A stretch of 36,354 bases of DNA from Ktedonobacterales bacterium (lineage in GTDB: Bacteria; Chloroflexota; Ktedonobacteria; Ktedonobacterales; JADMIN01). Location: the NCBI GenBank assembly GCA_025936795.1, contig JAICSR010000003.1:1-36354 (forward strand). Reading direction: 5' to 3'. The position numbers were made by a program, and so were the translations under genes. The notes below the pieces were generated by a model. The model saw nothing but the letters and a program-made list of their open reading frames with translations, searched no databases and was not told where the DNA came from. Shown here piece after piece: positions 1 to 9,020 of this stretch. The first letter of the stretch is position 1. Each line of letters starts with the position of its first letter.

Positions 1-76
1 ACGCCCACTCACGTCGGCTCGCGTGTGTGTTACATTCTCATGGGGATAGATTGAATGCACGAATGAGAGGTGAGCG

Positions 77-661
77 ATGCCTCAGCGGTTCGATACGCGC
101 AAGCGATTTCACTTGCTCTCAGATGAGCGCGCGGCGGCGCTGCAACCAGAGAAGCTGCTGCGCGCTCTGGGGCTGGGCGAGGGAATGACCATCGCCGACA
201 TTGGGTGCGGCCCAGGCTTCTTCACCATTCCCGCCGCGCAGATCGTTGGCCCAACGGGTATGGCGCTCGCAGCGGACATCCAGGGCGAGATGCTCTCGGC
301 GGTGCGCAGTCGCGCGCTCGAACACGGCCTGACCAACGTTCGCATCGTCAAGACCAACGACCGCGAGATACCGATTCCGCCGGGGACATGCGATTTCGTG
401 CTGCTGGCGTTCATGCTGCACGAGATCGAGCATCGGGCATCGTTCCTGCACCGGGCGGCGCGGGCGCTCAAGCCAGGCGGCAAGCTGGTGGCGCTGGAAT
501 GGGACAAGGTTGAGGGGCCAATTGGCCCGCCGCAGGAAGACCGCATCGCGCCTGAGGAGTTGCAGGCCGACGCGCTAGCCGCCGGGCTGCATGTGGTGGA
601 TGAGCGGGCGCTTTCCAGCGATCAGTATCTGCGCGTCTTCGAGCGCTCTGGGTCATCCTAG
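77..661 (+). CDS. Class I SAM-dependent methyltransferase
   Basis: Motif I IADIGCGPGFF, acidic end of strand 2 (ALAADIQ), post-II ALKPGGKLV; GAGGTG SD before ATG. Confidence 0.9.
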   Translation: MPQRFDTRKRFHLLSDERAAALQPEKLLRALGLGEGMTIADIGCGPGFFTIPAAQIVGPTGMALAADIQGEMLSAVRSRALEHGLTNVRIVKTNDREIPIPPGTCDFVLLAFMLHEIEHRASFLHRAARALKPGGKLVALEWDKVEGPIGPPQEDRIAPEELQADALAAGLHVVDERALSSDQYLRVFERSGSS

Positions 662-914
662 GGCGCCCGCCTGGCATGCGCTCCTGGCATGCGCTGCCAC
701 CATATCAAGCGAGCGGCGTCATCTACTACGCTAACTTGCGTACTGATATGCCATAATGGGAGTATTGCCGCAGTTGGTATGATGCACATGACGGTGATCT
801 AGCCGCGTTGATCCGCGTACCCAGAAACTGGTCTGCGCACGCGGCGCGCGCGGATGCTCGCGGGCGAAGAAGCCCGCCACAATCCGCTCAATGACGAATG
901 GGAGTAGTGCGACC

Positions 915-2693
915 ATGTCTTCACGAACCGCGCTCGAAGCCTGGGTAGACGAGTGTGCGCGTCTGACCCAACCAGAGAAGATCGTCTGGTGTGACGGCTC
1001 CGAGCAGGAATATCAGCGCCTGATTGAGACGATGCTGCACGATGGCTCGATGCAGACCCTCAACCCCCAGAGCTACCCAAACTCTTTCCTCTACCATAGT
1101 GATCCGAGCGATGTAGCGCGCACCGAGAAAGTCACCTTCATCTGCACGACGCGGCGCGAAGACGCTGGCCCCACCAACAACTGGATGTCGCCCGACGAGG
1201 CCAAGGCCAAGGTGCGTCCGATCTTCGACGGCGCGATGCGTGGGCGCACAATGTATGTCGTGCCGTATGTGATGGGGCCAGTCGGGTCGGCGCTGATGCA
1301 GGTGGGCGTGGAGATCACGGATAGCCCCTACGTCGCGGCCAGCATGCGCATCATGACACGCATGGGAACGGTGGCGCTCGAAGCGCTCGACCGCAACGGC
1401 GGCGAGTTCGTTCCCGGCCTGCACAGCATCGGGAACCTCGACCCGGAACAGCGCTATGTGCTGCACTTCCCCGAAGAGCGCCTGATCTGGAGCGTCGGCT
1501 CGGGCTACGGTGGTAACGCGCTGCTGGGCAAGAAATGCCTCGCGCTGCGCCTGGCAAGCTGGATGGGCTGGAAGCAGGGCTGGCTGGCTGAGCACATGCT
1601 GATTCTGGGGCTGCAAGACCCCTCTGGCAATGTGACCTACATGGCGGGCGCGTTTCCTAGCGCATGCGGCAAGACCAATCTGGCGATGCTCGTCTCGCCA
1701 CTGGAGGATCAGGGCTGGAAGGTGTGGACGCTCGGCGATGACATCGCCTGGATGCGCATCGGCGAGGATGGCCGTCTGTGGGCGGTGAACCCGGAGCATG
1801 GCTTCTTCGGCGTGGCGCCTGGCACCAACGTCGAGACGAATCCCAACGCGATGGCGTCGCTCTCGCGCAACTCGATCTTCACCAACGTCGCGGTGACTCC
1901 CGACGACGAGCCGTGGTGGGAAGGCATTGACCCGCAGCAGAAGACGCCGCCCGCTGGTACGATTGACTGGCTGGGCAAGGTGTGGGAGCCAGGCAATGGC
2001 CCGGCGGCCCACCCGAATTCGCGCTTCACCGCGCCTGCGGGGCAGTGTCCATCCATCTCACCCAACTGGGAAGACCCGCAGGGCGTGCCGATCTCGGCCT
2101 TCATCTTCGGTGGGCGCCGCGCGCATGTCGCGCCGCTGGTCTATCAGGCGTTCAACTGGCAGCACGGCGTATTCGTCGGCGCGGGCATGGCGTCGGAGAC
2201 GACAGCGGCGGCGACTGGCGCGGTTGGTGTGGTGCGCCGCGACCCGATGGCGATGCTGCCCTTCTGTGGCTACAACATGGGCGATTACTGGCAGCACTGG
2301 CTCGACATCGGCGCGAAGCTAACGAATCCGCCGGAGGTCTTCCACGTCAACTGGTTCCGCAAAGACGCTGAGGGCAAGTTCCTCTGGCCGGGCTTTGGCC
2401 AGAACGTGCGCGTGCTGATGTGGATGCTGGAGCGCATCAAGGGCGTCGGCAAAGCGGTTGAGACGCCGATCGGCTTCACACCGACCACCGACGGCCTCGA
2501 TCTGGCGGGCCTCGACATCTCGCAAGAGACGATGCAGGCGCTGCTGGAGGTCAACCCGGCGGACTGGGAGCAGGAGTGGGCGGAGCAGCGTCCCTTCTTC
2601 GAGCAATTCGGCGAGCATCTGCCGAAGGCCATCGAGGAGCAGCATCGCGCGCTAGGCCAGCGGGTCAGCGAGTCCCGCGCCACCGCGCGCTAG
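915..2693 (+). CDS. pckG: Phosphoenolpyruvate carboxykinase (GTP)
   Basis: [29 protein letters not shown] and [13 protein letters not shown] motifs; GGGAG SD favours ATG 915 over 891. Confidence 0.97.
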   Translation: MSSRTALEAWVDECARLTQPEKIVWCDGSEQEYQRLIETMLHDGSMQTLNPQSYPNSFLYHSDPSDVARTEKVTFICTTRREDAGPTNNWMSPDEAKAKVRPIFDGAMRGRTMYVVPYVMGPVGSALMQVGVEITDSPYVAASMRIMTRMGTVALEALDRNGGEFVPGLHSIGNLDPEQRYVLHFPEERLIWSVGSGYGGNALLGKKCLALRLASWMGWKQGWLAEHMLILGLQDPSGNVTYMAGAFPSACGKTNLAMLVSPLEDQGWKVWTLGDDIAWMRIGEDGRLWAVNPEHGFFGVAPGTNVETNPNAMASLSRNSIFTNVAVTPDDEPWWEGIDPQQKTPPAGTIDWLGKVWEPGNGPAAHPNSRFTAPAGQCPSISPNWEDPQGVPISAFIFGGRRAHVAPLVYQAFNWQHGVFVGAGMASETTAAATGAVGVVRRDPMAMLPFCGYNMGDYWQHWLDIGAKLTNPPEVFHVNWFRKDAEGKFLWPGFGQNVRVLMWMLERIKGVGKAVETPIGFTPTTDGLDLAGLDISQETMQALLEVNPADWEQEWAEQRPFFEQFGEHLPKAIEEQHRALGQRVSESRATAR

Positions 2694-2725
2694 GCGCCCC
2701 CACTGCGACCGACGCGCTGCAACAC

Positions 2726-2767
2726 CGCCGCGCCCTGCTGGCTCTCTCAAGCTAGCCGGGCGCGGCG
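2726..2767 (+). terminator. Hairpin after pckG
   Basis: cgccgcgccc/gggcgcggcg outer stem with inner gctggc/gctagc pairing; no strong U tract. Confidence 0.5.
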
Positions 2768-2809
2768 TCTCGTCAGCTTGCAGACACGCTACACATAAAG
2801 GCGCCTTCG

Positions 2810-3055
2810 ATGCCAACCATCCAGGTCAACGACATCCAGATGTATGACGAGATACATGGCGAAGGCGAGCCGCTGGCGCTGCTGGTTGGCCTGGGAACCG
2901 ACATCTCGGAGTGGAGCGGCATCATTGGCTGACTCGCGCAACACTACCGGGTCATCGCGCTCGATAACTGAGGCGCGGGCGCACCGAGAAGCCCGACGAA
3001 CCGTATTCGATGGAGCTGATGGCCGACGACGCGGCGAAGCTCTTGCAGGCGCTGG
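2810..3055 (+). pseudogene. Decayed, truncated alpha/beta-fold hydrolase
   Basis: MPTIQVNDIQMYDEIHGEGEPLALLVGLG...IIG*LAQHYRVIALDN*GAG, then a frameshift into TEKPDEPYSMELMADDAAKLLQAL; TGA at 2930 and 2969; ends before the GxSxG motif. Confidence 0.85.
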
Positions 3056-3094
3056 CCCGTCTCCGGGTGGGCGAGGGCAGGAACGATGATTGCT

Positions 3095-3132
3095 CGCCTC
3101 TCCTCGTAGGAGAGGCGCTGGCGGTGAGGGTC
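3095..3132. repeat. REP-like palindromic element (degenerate copy)
   Basis: cgcctctcct-cgt-aggagaggcg stem followed by ctggcggtgaggg tail; resembles the elements at 8927 and 21903. Confidence 0.55.
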
Positions 3133-3269
3133 GATCCAGTGTCGGGGGCTTTCCGTTTCTGGCCAACTGAGACAGAATATGAGCGCGACACCACTGAACA
3201 TATCGCTGGAGGTTCGGTTGCGCTCCAGCGCAACGCGAGCGTCACATCTGAAACGGGGACATTCAGCGT

Positions 3270-4190
3270 ATGGACGAGCGACATGGCGATGGCAGCCCAC
3301 GCCGACGGATCGGCGCTCAACCGGCGACCGGCGCCCCAGCGCGGCGACCGGGTGGGCAGGTTCCATTGCGGGCGGATGTAGCGACCGCAGCGGAGGAATC
3401 TGCGCTGGACGCCACGCGACCCGATACGACCGGCGGGCCGACGCCGCCCGACCCGCGCAACCCGCGTACACGCGAGCGCCTGACTCAGCGGACACCCGGA
3501 GGCGGCTATGTGGTCGCGGACACCGAGCTGGTGCTGGCAATACGCGCGTGGGATGCGCGCGGGATGCGTCCGGTGGCGATGGACCTCTGCGCGCTGCTGG
3601 TAGATCGCTGCATGCCAGAGTTTCGGCGGCACGCGGCGGGGCTGCGCCACCGGCCCGACCTGATGGAAGACACGATCAACGGGATGATCGAGCAGGTGCT
3701 ACGCGAGGCGCTCGACCCCACCGAAATCTTCATGACGCAGAACTTCATTCACTATCTGCGCTGCCTGTGCGCCGACAACTTCACACGGACGCTGCGACAG
3801 GAAGGGTTGAGCTACAAGCGCGATGAGCAGGGCCGCCCGACGGGTCGCCCGCAGCACATCCCACGCGCGCTGATCGAGCAGATAGACGTGCACGCCGACG
3901 AGCAAGACGATCAGCCGGGCGTGACAGGGAGCGTGGCAGACCCGCGCGATACCCTTGGCGAACGGATGGCGGCGGTTGAGGCTCAGCGAATCCTGGCGTA
4001 TTTGCCCGACCCACTCGACCAACGCATCTTCGCGCTGCGGGCGCTCTATAAGATGCAGTGGGAAGAGATCGCCGCGCTCTGCGGCAAGACCGAGCGAACG
4101 ATGCGCCTGCGCTTTGAGAAGGCGAAGCTAGTGCTGCAACAGTGTCTGCGAGCGGAAGTGGCGATGGCAACGAATGCCAGTGGAGAGTGA
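3270..4190 (+). CDS. Sigma-70 family, ECF-like RNA polymerase sigma factor (start uncertain)
   Basis: Region 2-like DLMEDTINGMIEQVL...NFIHYLRCLCADNFTRTLRQ; region 4 LPDPLDQRIFALRALYKMQWEEIAALCGKTERTMRLRFEKAK. Alternative starts are CTG 3405 (GGAGGA upstream) and GTG 3510. Confidence 0.75.
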   Translation: MDERHGDGSPRRRIGAQPATGAPARRPGGQVPLRADVATAAEESALDATRPDTTGGPTPPDPRNPRTRERLTQRTPGGGYVVADTELVLAIRAWDARGMRPVAMDLCALLVDRCMPEFRRHAAGLRHRPDLMEDTINGMIEQVLREALDPTEIFMTQNFIHYLRCLCADNFTRTLRQEGLSYKRDEQGRPTGRPQHIPRALIEQIDVHADEQDDQPGVTGSVADPRDTLGERMAAVEAQRILAYLPDPLDQRIFALRALYKMQWEEIAALCGKTERTMRLRFEKAKLVLQQCLRAEVAMATNASGE

Positions 4191-4194
4191 TGAG

Positions 4195-4878
4195 ATGAGC
4201 AAGATAAAGAGCACACGCGCGGGGGGAGCGGACCAGCGAGATCGCGCGCTGACCGAGGCGAAACTGGCGCTGGTCGCGGCGCATGCGCAGGGTGAGCCGG
4301 GCGCGTTGGCGCAGGCGCTGCGCACGCATCCCGCCTATGCCGATGCGTTGACGCAGTTTGAGCTGGCGCTGGTGGCGACGACCGGCTACGACACCGTAGC
4401 AGACGCTCCAGATGTCGTGGAAATTGCGGAGATGGCGCGGCAGCGAGCGTTCGCGACGGTATTTAGCGCGCAGTCCGCCGCTGTGGCGCAGGCGCAACCC
4501 GCGCAGGCGACTGTAGCGGCGCTCTCGCTCAAGGCGCTGCGGATGGCGCAGGGGCAGAAGCTTACTACGCTGGCGACGCGGCTGGGACTGGGAGTGGATG
4601 TACTCAGCGCACTGGAGGCGGGACGCATCCGCGTGGCGAGCGTGCCACAGCGCCTGCGCGAATCGCTGGCTGACCTGTTGAACGCGACTGGCGAACAGAT
4701 CAGCGCGGCGCTCACCCTCGATCTCGCCCCGGCGCTGCGCCGTGGCCAACCAGGCGCAACCTCACGCGAGGCTGGGCAAAGCGCTGCAAACCAGCAGCTC
4801 GATTTCCACGACGCTGTGCTGATGAGCCAGAGCATGACGCAGGAGCAGCGAGCGCACTGGTTGAGCGAGTCGCGCTAA
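4195..4878 (+). CDS. XRE-family helix-turn-helix protein with uncharacterised N-terminal domain
   Basis: SLKALRMAQGQKLTTLATRLGLGVDVLSALEAGRI is a Cro/C1-type HTH; GGAGAG SD lies just before the sigma stop codon. Confidence 0.75.
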   Translation: MSKIKSTRAGGADQRDRALTEAKLALVAAHAQGEPGALAQALRTHPAYADALTQFELALVATTGYDTVADAPDVVEIAEMARQRAFATVFSAQSAAVAQAQPAQATVAALSLKALRMAQGQKLTTLATRLGLGVDVLSALEAGRIRVASVPQRLRESLADLLNATGEQISAALTLDLAPALRRGQPGATSREAGQSAANQQLDFHDAVLMSQSMTQEQRAHWLSESR

Positions 4879-4895
4879 CAGCGCCATCAATAGCG

Positions 4896-4947
4896 GACAT
4901 GCGCGTGGGAGGCTGGGAGATTCCTGGCCTCCCACGCGCATGTCTTT
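4896..4947 (+). terminator. Intrinsic terminator after sigma-XRE pair
   Basis: Perfect 18-bp inverted repeat gacatgcgcgtgggaggc (4896-4913) / gcctcccacgcgcatgtc (4927-4944), followed by ttt. Confidence 0.75.
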
Positions 4948-4978
4948 GTGCAGGCCGTGTGCAGGCCGTGTGCAGGCC
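4947..4978. repeat. 11-bp tandem repeat, about 3 copies (tgtgcaggccg)
   Basis: Copies at 4947, 4958 and 4969. Confidence 0.9.
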
Positions 4979-5088
4979 AGGCGCCTTGAGGGTGATGCGA
5001 TATAATGGAAGTTCAAGGTTGATGTGTTCCTGGCGTGACGGGCTGCGCCCTGCGCACGTACGATAGAACATAGACGGAGAAACCTCCG

Positions 5089-6048
5089 ATGGGAAATGGC
5101 CAGAATCGCAACAGGCGTGGCGGCGCTCGTACACGACACGGCCAGCACCGGGGCGGCGCTGCCGCTGGCGACCGTCGTGGCGCGACACACGTGATGCCGC
5201 CAACGCTCGTGTCGCCAAGTGACGCTGCCGCTGGCGCTGAAACTGACGCTGGCGTCGAGACGCCAAGCGCTGCCGAGATACACGAGGCGCTGGACGAGGC
5301 GCAAGCGACGGAGATAGCGGAAGAGCAGTTTGAGCGGCGCGCGGGGGAGCTGCGCGAGGGGCCGCAGACTCCAGCGCCTGAGCCAGCGCCGGGGATCGAG
5401 GTCGCGGCAGCATCCTCCGCGCCGCTGCCGCCAACGTCTGCGCCGCCTGAGACGCCTGTGGCGCCTCCCTCTGCTGCGCGCCCACATGAAAGTGAGAGTG
5501 CGCCAGTCGCGAGCGCCGGAGACACGCCATCTGTGATGCGCGCTGAGGCGCAAGACGCGGCTCCAGGTGCGGATGGCGAGGTGGAGGAGGCTGCGAGCGC
5601 AGAGCCAGAGCGCCGTGCGCCGCGCGGGCGTTTCGAGCGCTTCTACGCGCCGGGGCAGGGTCCGCGCCCTGAACGCAATGGCCACGGGGGAACAGGCGCC
5701 AACGGCGCGGCGCGGCGACCTATGCGCGACCCGCTACGCGATCCAATGCCAACCTCTAGCTCCTCAGTGACTCAAGTTCCTGAGGAGGAGGAGACGCCGC
5801 CGAGCGGGCCGCGTGAGGACGTGCGCGGAGCCGTCGGCGGCCTGATTGACGCGCTGCACGACGTATTCACCCAGGACCGCGCCGTCGCGACCCAGGGCGG
5901 CTCCTCGCGCTGTGGACTCTGCTACCTCCACTTTCCCATTGGCGAACTCGTCTACCGCGAGAGCGAGGGCTTCTACGTTTGCCAGGCGTGCGAGCGGGCG
6001 CTTGGCTCGGCGCGAGTCAACATGGTGCGACGGCAGCAGAAGCTCTAG
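5089..6048 (+). CDS. Hypothetical protein: long disordered region plus C-terminal CxxC...CxxC zinc-finger-like domain
   Basis: A/P/E-rich N-terminal part; RCGLCYLHF...YVCQACERAL; GGAG SD, TATAAT at 5001. Confidence 0.75.
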   Translation: MGNGQNRNRRGGARTRHGQHRGGAAAGDRRGATHVMPPTLVSPSDAAAGAETDAGVETPSAAEIHEALDEAQATEIAEEQFERRAGELREGPQTPAPEPAPGIEVAAASSAPLPPTSAPPETPVAPPSAARPHESESAPVASAGDTPSVMRAEAQDAAPGADGEVEEAASAEPERRAPRGRFERFYAPGQGPRPERNGHGGTGANGAARRPMRDPLRDPMPTSSSSVTQVPEEEETPPSGPREDVRGAVGGLIDALHDVFTQDRAVATQGGSSRCGLCYLHFPIGELVYRESEGFYVCQACERALGSARVNMVRRQQKL

Positions 6049-6129
6049 CGGAGAGTCAGCGCTGCGCAGCCTAGAGACGCTAGCGGCGTGAAATTCACCC
6101 GCATTGGGGGCTGTGCGGGCGGCGCAAGC

Positions 6130-6140
6130 TGTGATACAAT
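6130..6140 (+). promoter_or_regulatory. Extended -10 promoter of rpmF operon
   Basis: TGTGaTACAAT about 145 nt upstream of rpmF. Confidence 0.6.
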
Positions 6141-6285
6141 AGGCGGGCGTGGGCGCTGCGCGGGATGATGCGCGCCCACGGGCCTACCGTCCTCTGGCGC
6201 CGCCGGAGGTGTGGAGGCTACCGCGCAGTCCATCGGCGCCCAGCGTATGCTGGCCGCTTTCTTTTCTGCTTGCGAGGAGTCTACC

Positions 6286-6477
6286 GTGGGCGCGTTACCG
6301 AAGAAACGTCACTCGAACGCGCGTCAGGGCCACCGCCGCGCGCATCACAAGGTCAAGCTGCCCCAGCTGACCATTTGCCCGCAGTGCCGTCAGCCCCGAC
6401 AGTCGCACCATGCCTGCCCCAACTGCGGCGCCTATCGCGGTCGTCAGGTGCTGAAGGCGAAGAACGCCGCCGAGTAG
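6286..6477 (+). CDS. rpmF: 50S ribosomal protein bL32 (Zn-binding form)
   Basis: GALPKKRHSNARQGHRR...CPQC...HHACPNCGAYRGR; GTG start after GAGGAG. Confidence 0.97.
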   Translation: MGALPKKRHSNARQGHRRAHHKVKLPQLTICPQCRQPRQSHHACPNCGAYRGRQVLKAKNAAE

Positions 6478-6603
6478 GCCAGATATTTGGCCAACCAGGG
6501 CCAGGGCCAACCAGGGCAGGCGGCGTCTGAGGGGCGCACAGGCGCGACGCGCATGCGCGTCGCGCCGCCCCAGGTCTGGCGCAGTCGCGCCAGGGAGGGA
6601 CGT

Positions 6604-7659
6604 GTGACGCAGTCAGTCGCGTTCGTATTTCCCGGTCAGGGCAGCCAGGCGGTCGGCATGGGAGCGGATGTATTCCGCGCCTCGCCGGCCGCTCGCGCTG
6701 TCTATGACGCCGCCGACGCCGCGCTTGGCGTCGGCCTCGCGCGTATGTGCTTCGAGGGGCCAGAAGAGGCGCTACGCGAGACAATCAACACCCAACCCGC
6801 GCTCGTCACGACGAGTCTGGCGCTGCTGGCTGCGCTCCAGGAGGCGGCGGACGCAGCCTTCACGGGCAGCGACGAGCCACAGTTGCGCGAGCCGCTGACC
6901 CCTGCCTTCGTGGCAGGCCACAGTGTCGGCGAGTACGCTGCGCTGGCGGCGGCGGGCGCGCTGAGCGTCGCCGAGACGATCAAACTGGCGCGCGAACGCG
7001 GGCGCCTGATGCACGAACAGGGCAGCGCCATCCCCAGCGGCATGGCGGCTGTGCTGGGGATGGACGCCGCCACGCTGGGCGAGGTCTGCGCCGATGCGAC
7101 CCGCCAGACGCGGCTGGAGATCGCCTCCGCGCATACGGAGACAGAGCATCCCGGCGCCGGGCATGTGGTCGTGGCGAATGATAATGCGCCTGGCCAGATC
7201 GTCATCTCTGGCTCGCAACGTGCGCTCGACACGGCGATGGAGATGGCGAAGGCGCGCGGCGCGAAGCGCGTCGTACCGCTGGCAGTCAGCGGCGCCTTCC
7301 ACTCGCCAGTGATGGCTCCGGCGGCGGATGGACTGGCGCAGGCGGTCGCGGCGGCTCCGCTGCACGACGCGGCGATCCCGATTGTGTCGAACATCAGCGC
7401 GACGCCGATCAGCGCCGCCGACGCGCTACGCGAGGAGCTGTCGCGCCAGATCGTCTCGCCGGTCCAGTGGACGCGCTCCGTGGCATGGCTGGCCGAGCAG
7501 GGTGTGACGACGTTCGTCGAGATTGGGCCGGGGCAGGTGCTCTCAGGCCTCATCAAGCGCATCGCCAAGGGCGCCACGACGCTCTCGGTGGCGACGGCCG
7601 CCGATGTGGCCAGCGTCGCCCCACAGCTTCGCGCGCTGCGGGCGGAGAGCCAGGGCTGA
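6604..7659 (+). CDS. fabD: Malonyl-CoA:ACP transacylase
   Basis: FVFPGQGSQ, TQPAL, GHSVGEY, VSGAFHS, SPVQW and EIGPGQVLSGL motifs; GTG after GGGAGG. Confidence 0.96.
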   Translation: MTQSVAFVFPGQGSQAVGMGADVFRASPAARAVYDAADAALGVGLARMCFEGPEEALRETINTQPALVTTSLALLAALQEAADAAFTGSDEPQLREPLTPAFVAGHSVGEYAALAAAGALSVAETIKLARERGRLMHEQGSAIPSGMAAVLGMDAATLGEVCADATRQTRLEIASAHTETEHPGAGHVVVANDNAPGQIVISGSQRALDTAMEMAKARGAKRVVPLAVSGAFHSPVMAPAADGLAQAVAAAPLHDAAIPIVSNISATPISAADALREELSRQIVSPVQWTRSVAWLAEQGVTTFVEIGPGQVLSGLIKRIAKGATTLSVATAADVASVAPQLRALRAESQG

Positions 7660-7729
7660 CACAAGGCCAACCGAGGGCTATAGCTGGCGCCGAGGGCAAG
7701 AGCGGCAAGAGCGGCAAGAGAGGCTGCGG

Positions 7730-8098
7730 ATGAATGCGTCGCATACGGGTCGCCTCTATGGCGAGCCAGACGTCGAAGGCTTCTACCTCGGCACGGTGCG
7801 CATCGCCCATCGCGCGTTGCGCACGATGATCGAGCAGGCGGCGCTGCGCACACCCGGTGTGGCGGCCATTGCGCGCACGCCGCGCAGCCTGGCGCTGGGC
7901 AAGCCGATTCCCTGGCAGGGGATTGGCCTCTCGGCGCGCGACCAACAGGTGGCGATTGACCTCTATCTGCTGGCGCAGCGCGGCGCGAACCTCGCTGAGG
8001 TCGGCGCACGCGCGCAGGAAGCTGTCGCTTCGGCGGTCGAAAGTTTGCTGGGCTTGCGTGTTCGCGAGATCAACGTCTACATTCAGGATGTGGTATGA
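7730..8098 (+). CDS. Asp23/Gls24 family envelope stress protein
   Basis: LGTVRIA...AALRTPGVAAI...VAIDLYL...AQEAVASAVESLLGLRVREINVYIQDV; typical position before nusB. Confidence 0.88.
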   Translation: MNASHTGRLYGEPDVEGFYLGTVRIAHRALRTMIEQAALRTPGVAAIARTPRSLALGKPIPWQGIGLSARDQQVAIDLYLLAQRGANLAEVGARAQEAVASAVESLLGLRVREINVYIQDVV

Positions 8099-8562
8099 CC
8101 AGGGTGAAAGCGCATGGCGAGCGCAGGCAAGCGCGGACGGCGGCGATGCAAACCCTCTACGAGGTGGACGCCGCTGGCCACGACGCCGAGGAGACGCTGC
8201 AACGCAACGCGGCAGGCCTGCGCCTGAACGCCGATACCCTGGCATTCGCCGAAGAACTGGTGCGCGGGACTCTCGCGCGCCTCGATGTGATAGACGCGCA
8301 GATCGCGTCTGTCGCATCGGATTGGCCGCTCTCGCAGATGGCGCGGATAGATAAGAACATCTTGAGGCTTGCAATCTACGAGATTCTGTACAATAATTCA
8401 GTCCCAGCGAAGGCCGCCATTAACGAGGCTGTTGAGCTCGCCAAAACCTTCGGCAGCGACACCTCCAGCCGTTTTGTCAACGGCGTGCTTGGCGCCATTT
8501 ATCAGCAATCCGCACAGACGCCTACCGTGCCTGAAACAACGGCCGAAGGGGAGGTTCCGTAA
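8095..8562 (+). CDS. nusB: Transcription antitermination factor NusB
   Basis: [40 protein letters not shown]...FVNGVLG. Confidence 0.97.
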   Translation: MTRVKAHGERRQARTAAMQTLYEVDAAGHDAEETLQRNAAGLRLNADTLAFAEELVRGTLARLDVIDAQIASVASDWPLSQMARIDKNILRLAIYEILYNNSVPAKAAINEAVELAKTFGSDTSSRFVNGVLGAIYQQSAQTPTVPETTAEGEVP

Positions 8563-8813
8563 TGTCGTCCGTCTCGAAAGAGGAAATCCTGACACAGCTT
8601 CGCCCAATCATCGCTGAGCAACTGGGCGTTGAAGAGAGCGAAGTGAAGGAGGATGCTTCCTTCACAGATGATCTGAACGCTGACTCACTCGATCTGGTCG
8701 AAATGATCATGTCGCTGGAAGAGAAGTTCCATGTCCAGATCAACGATGAGGACGCCGAGCAGATCAAGACGGTCGGCCAGGCGGTCGAGTTCATCTACGA
8801 TCACACCAGCTAG
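8562..8813 (+). CDS. acpP: Acyl carrier protein
   Basis: [20 protein letters not shown] phosphopantetheine site; start overlaps nusB stop. Confidence 0.97.
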   Translation: MSSVSKEEILTQLRPIIAEQLGVEESEVKEDASFTDDLNADSLDLVEMIMSLEEKFHVQINDEDAEQIKTVGQAVEFIYDHTS

Positions 8814-8860
8814 CGCCTGCGGTCGAGGATAGCGCGTCCTGGGGCGCGCACTGCAAAACC

Positions 8861-8909
8861 AGAGACGGTCAACCACATCTGTGTGGCTGACCGTCTCTTC
8901 TTGTTTCTT
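8861..8909 (+). terminator. Intrinsic terminator after acpP
   Basis: agagacggtcaaccaca-tctg-tgtggctgaccgtctct hairpin followed by tcttgtttctt. Confidence 0.8.
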
Positions 8910-8926
8910 GTCGCGATTCGCTCCTG

Positions 8927-9010
8927 CCCCCTCCTCCAACCCCTCTCCCGCTGCGGCGGGAGAGGGGAGCCAGCGTTCCTCTCGCCTCGCGAGGCGAGGG
9001 GAGTCAGGAG
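8927..9010. repeat. REP-like palindromic element (two hairpins)
   Basis: cccctctcccgc-tgcg-gcgggagagggg plus cctctcgcct-cgcg-aggcgagggg; first unit is near-identical in inverted form to 21903-21942. Confidence 0.75.
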
Positions 9011-9020
9011 TTCCACATCT

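Noticed and set aside
760-914. Riboswitch in the pckG leader
   Set aside because: Only short GC stems; no recognisable aptamer consensus or terminator.
2930-2971. In-frame TGA codons as selenocysteine or recoding
   Set aside because: Positions correspond to likely Trp/Arg rather than Cys, and a frameshift and truncation accompany them.
5089-6048. YceD/DUF177 assignment
   Set aside because: Only the position and a GLC tripeptide agree; length and Cys spacing do not.
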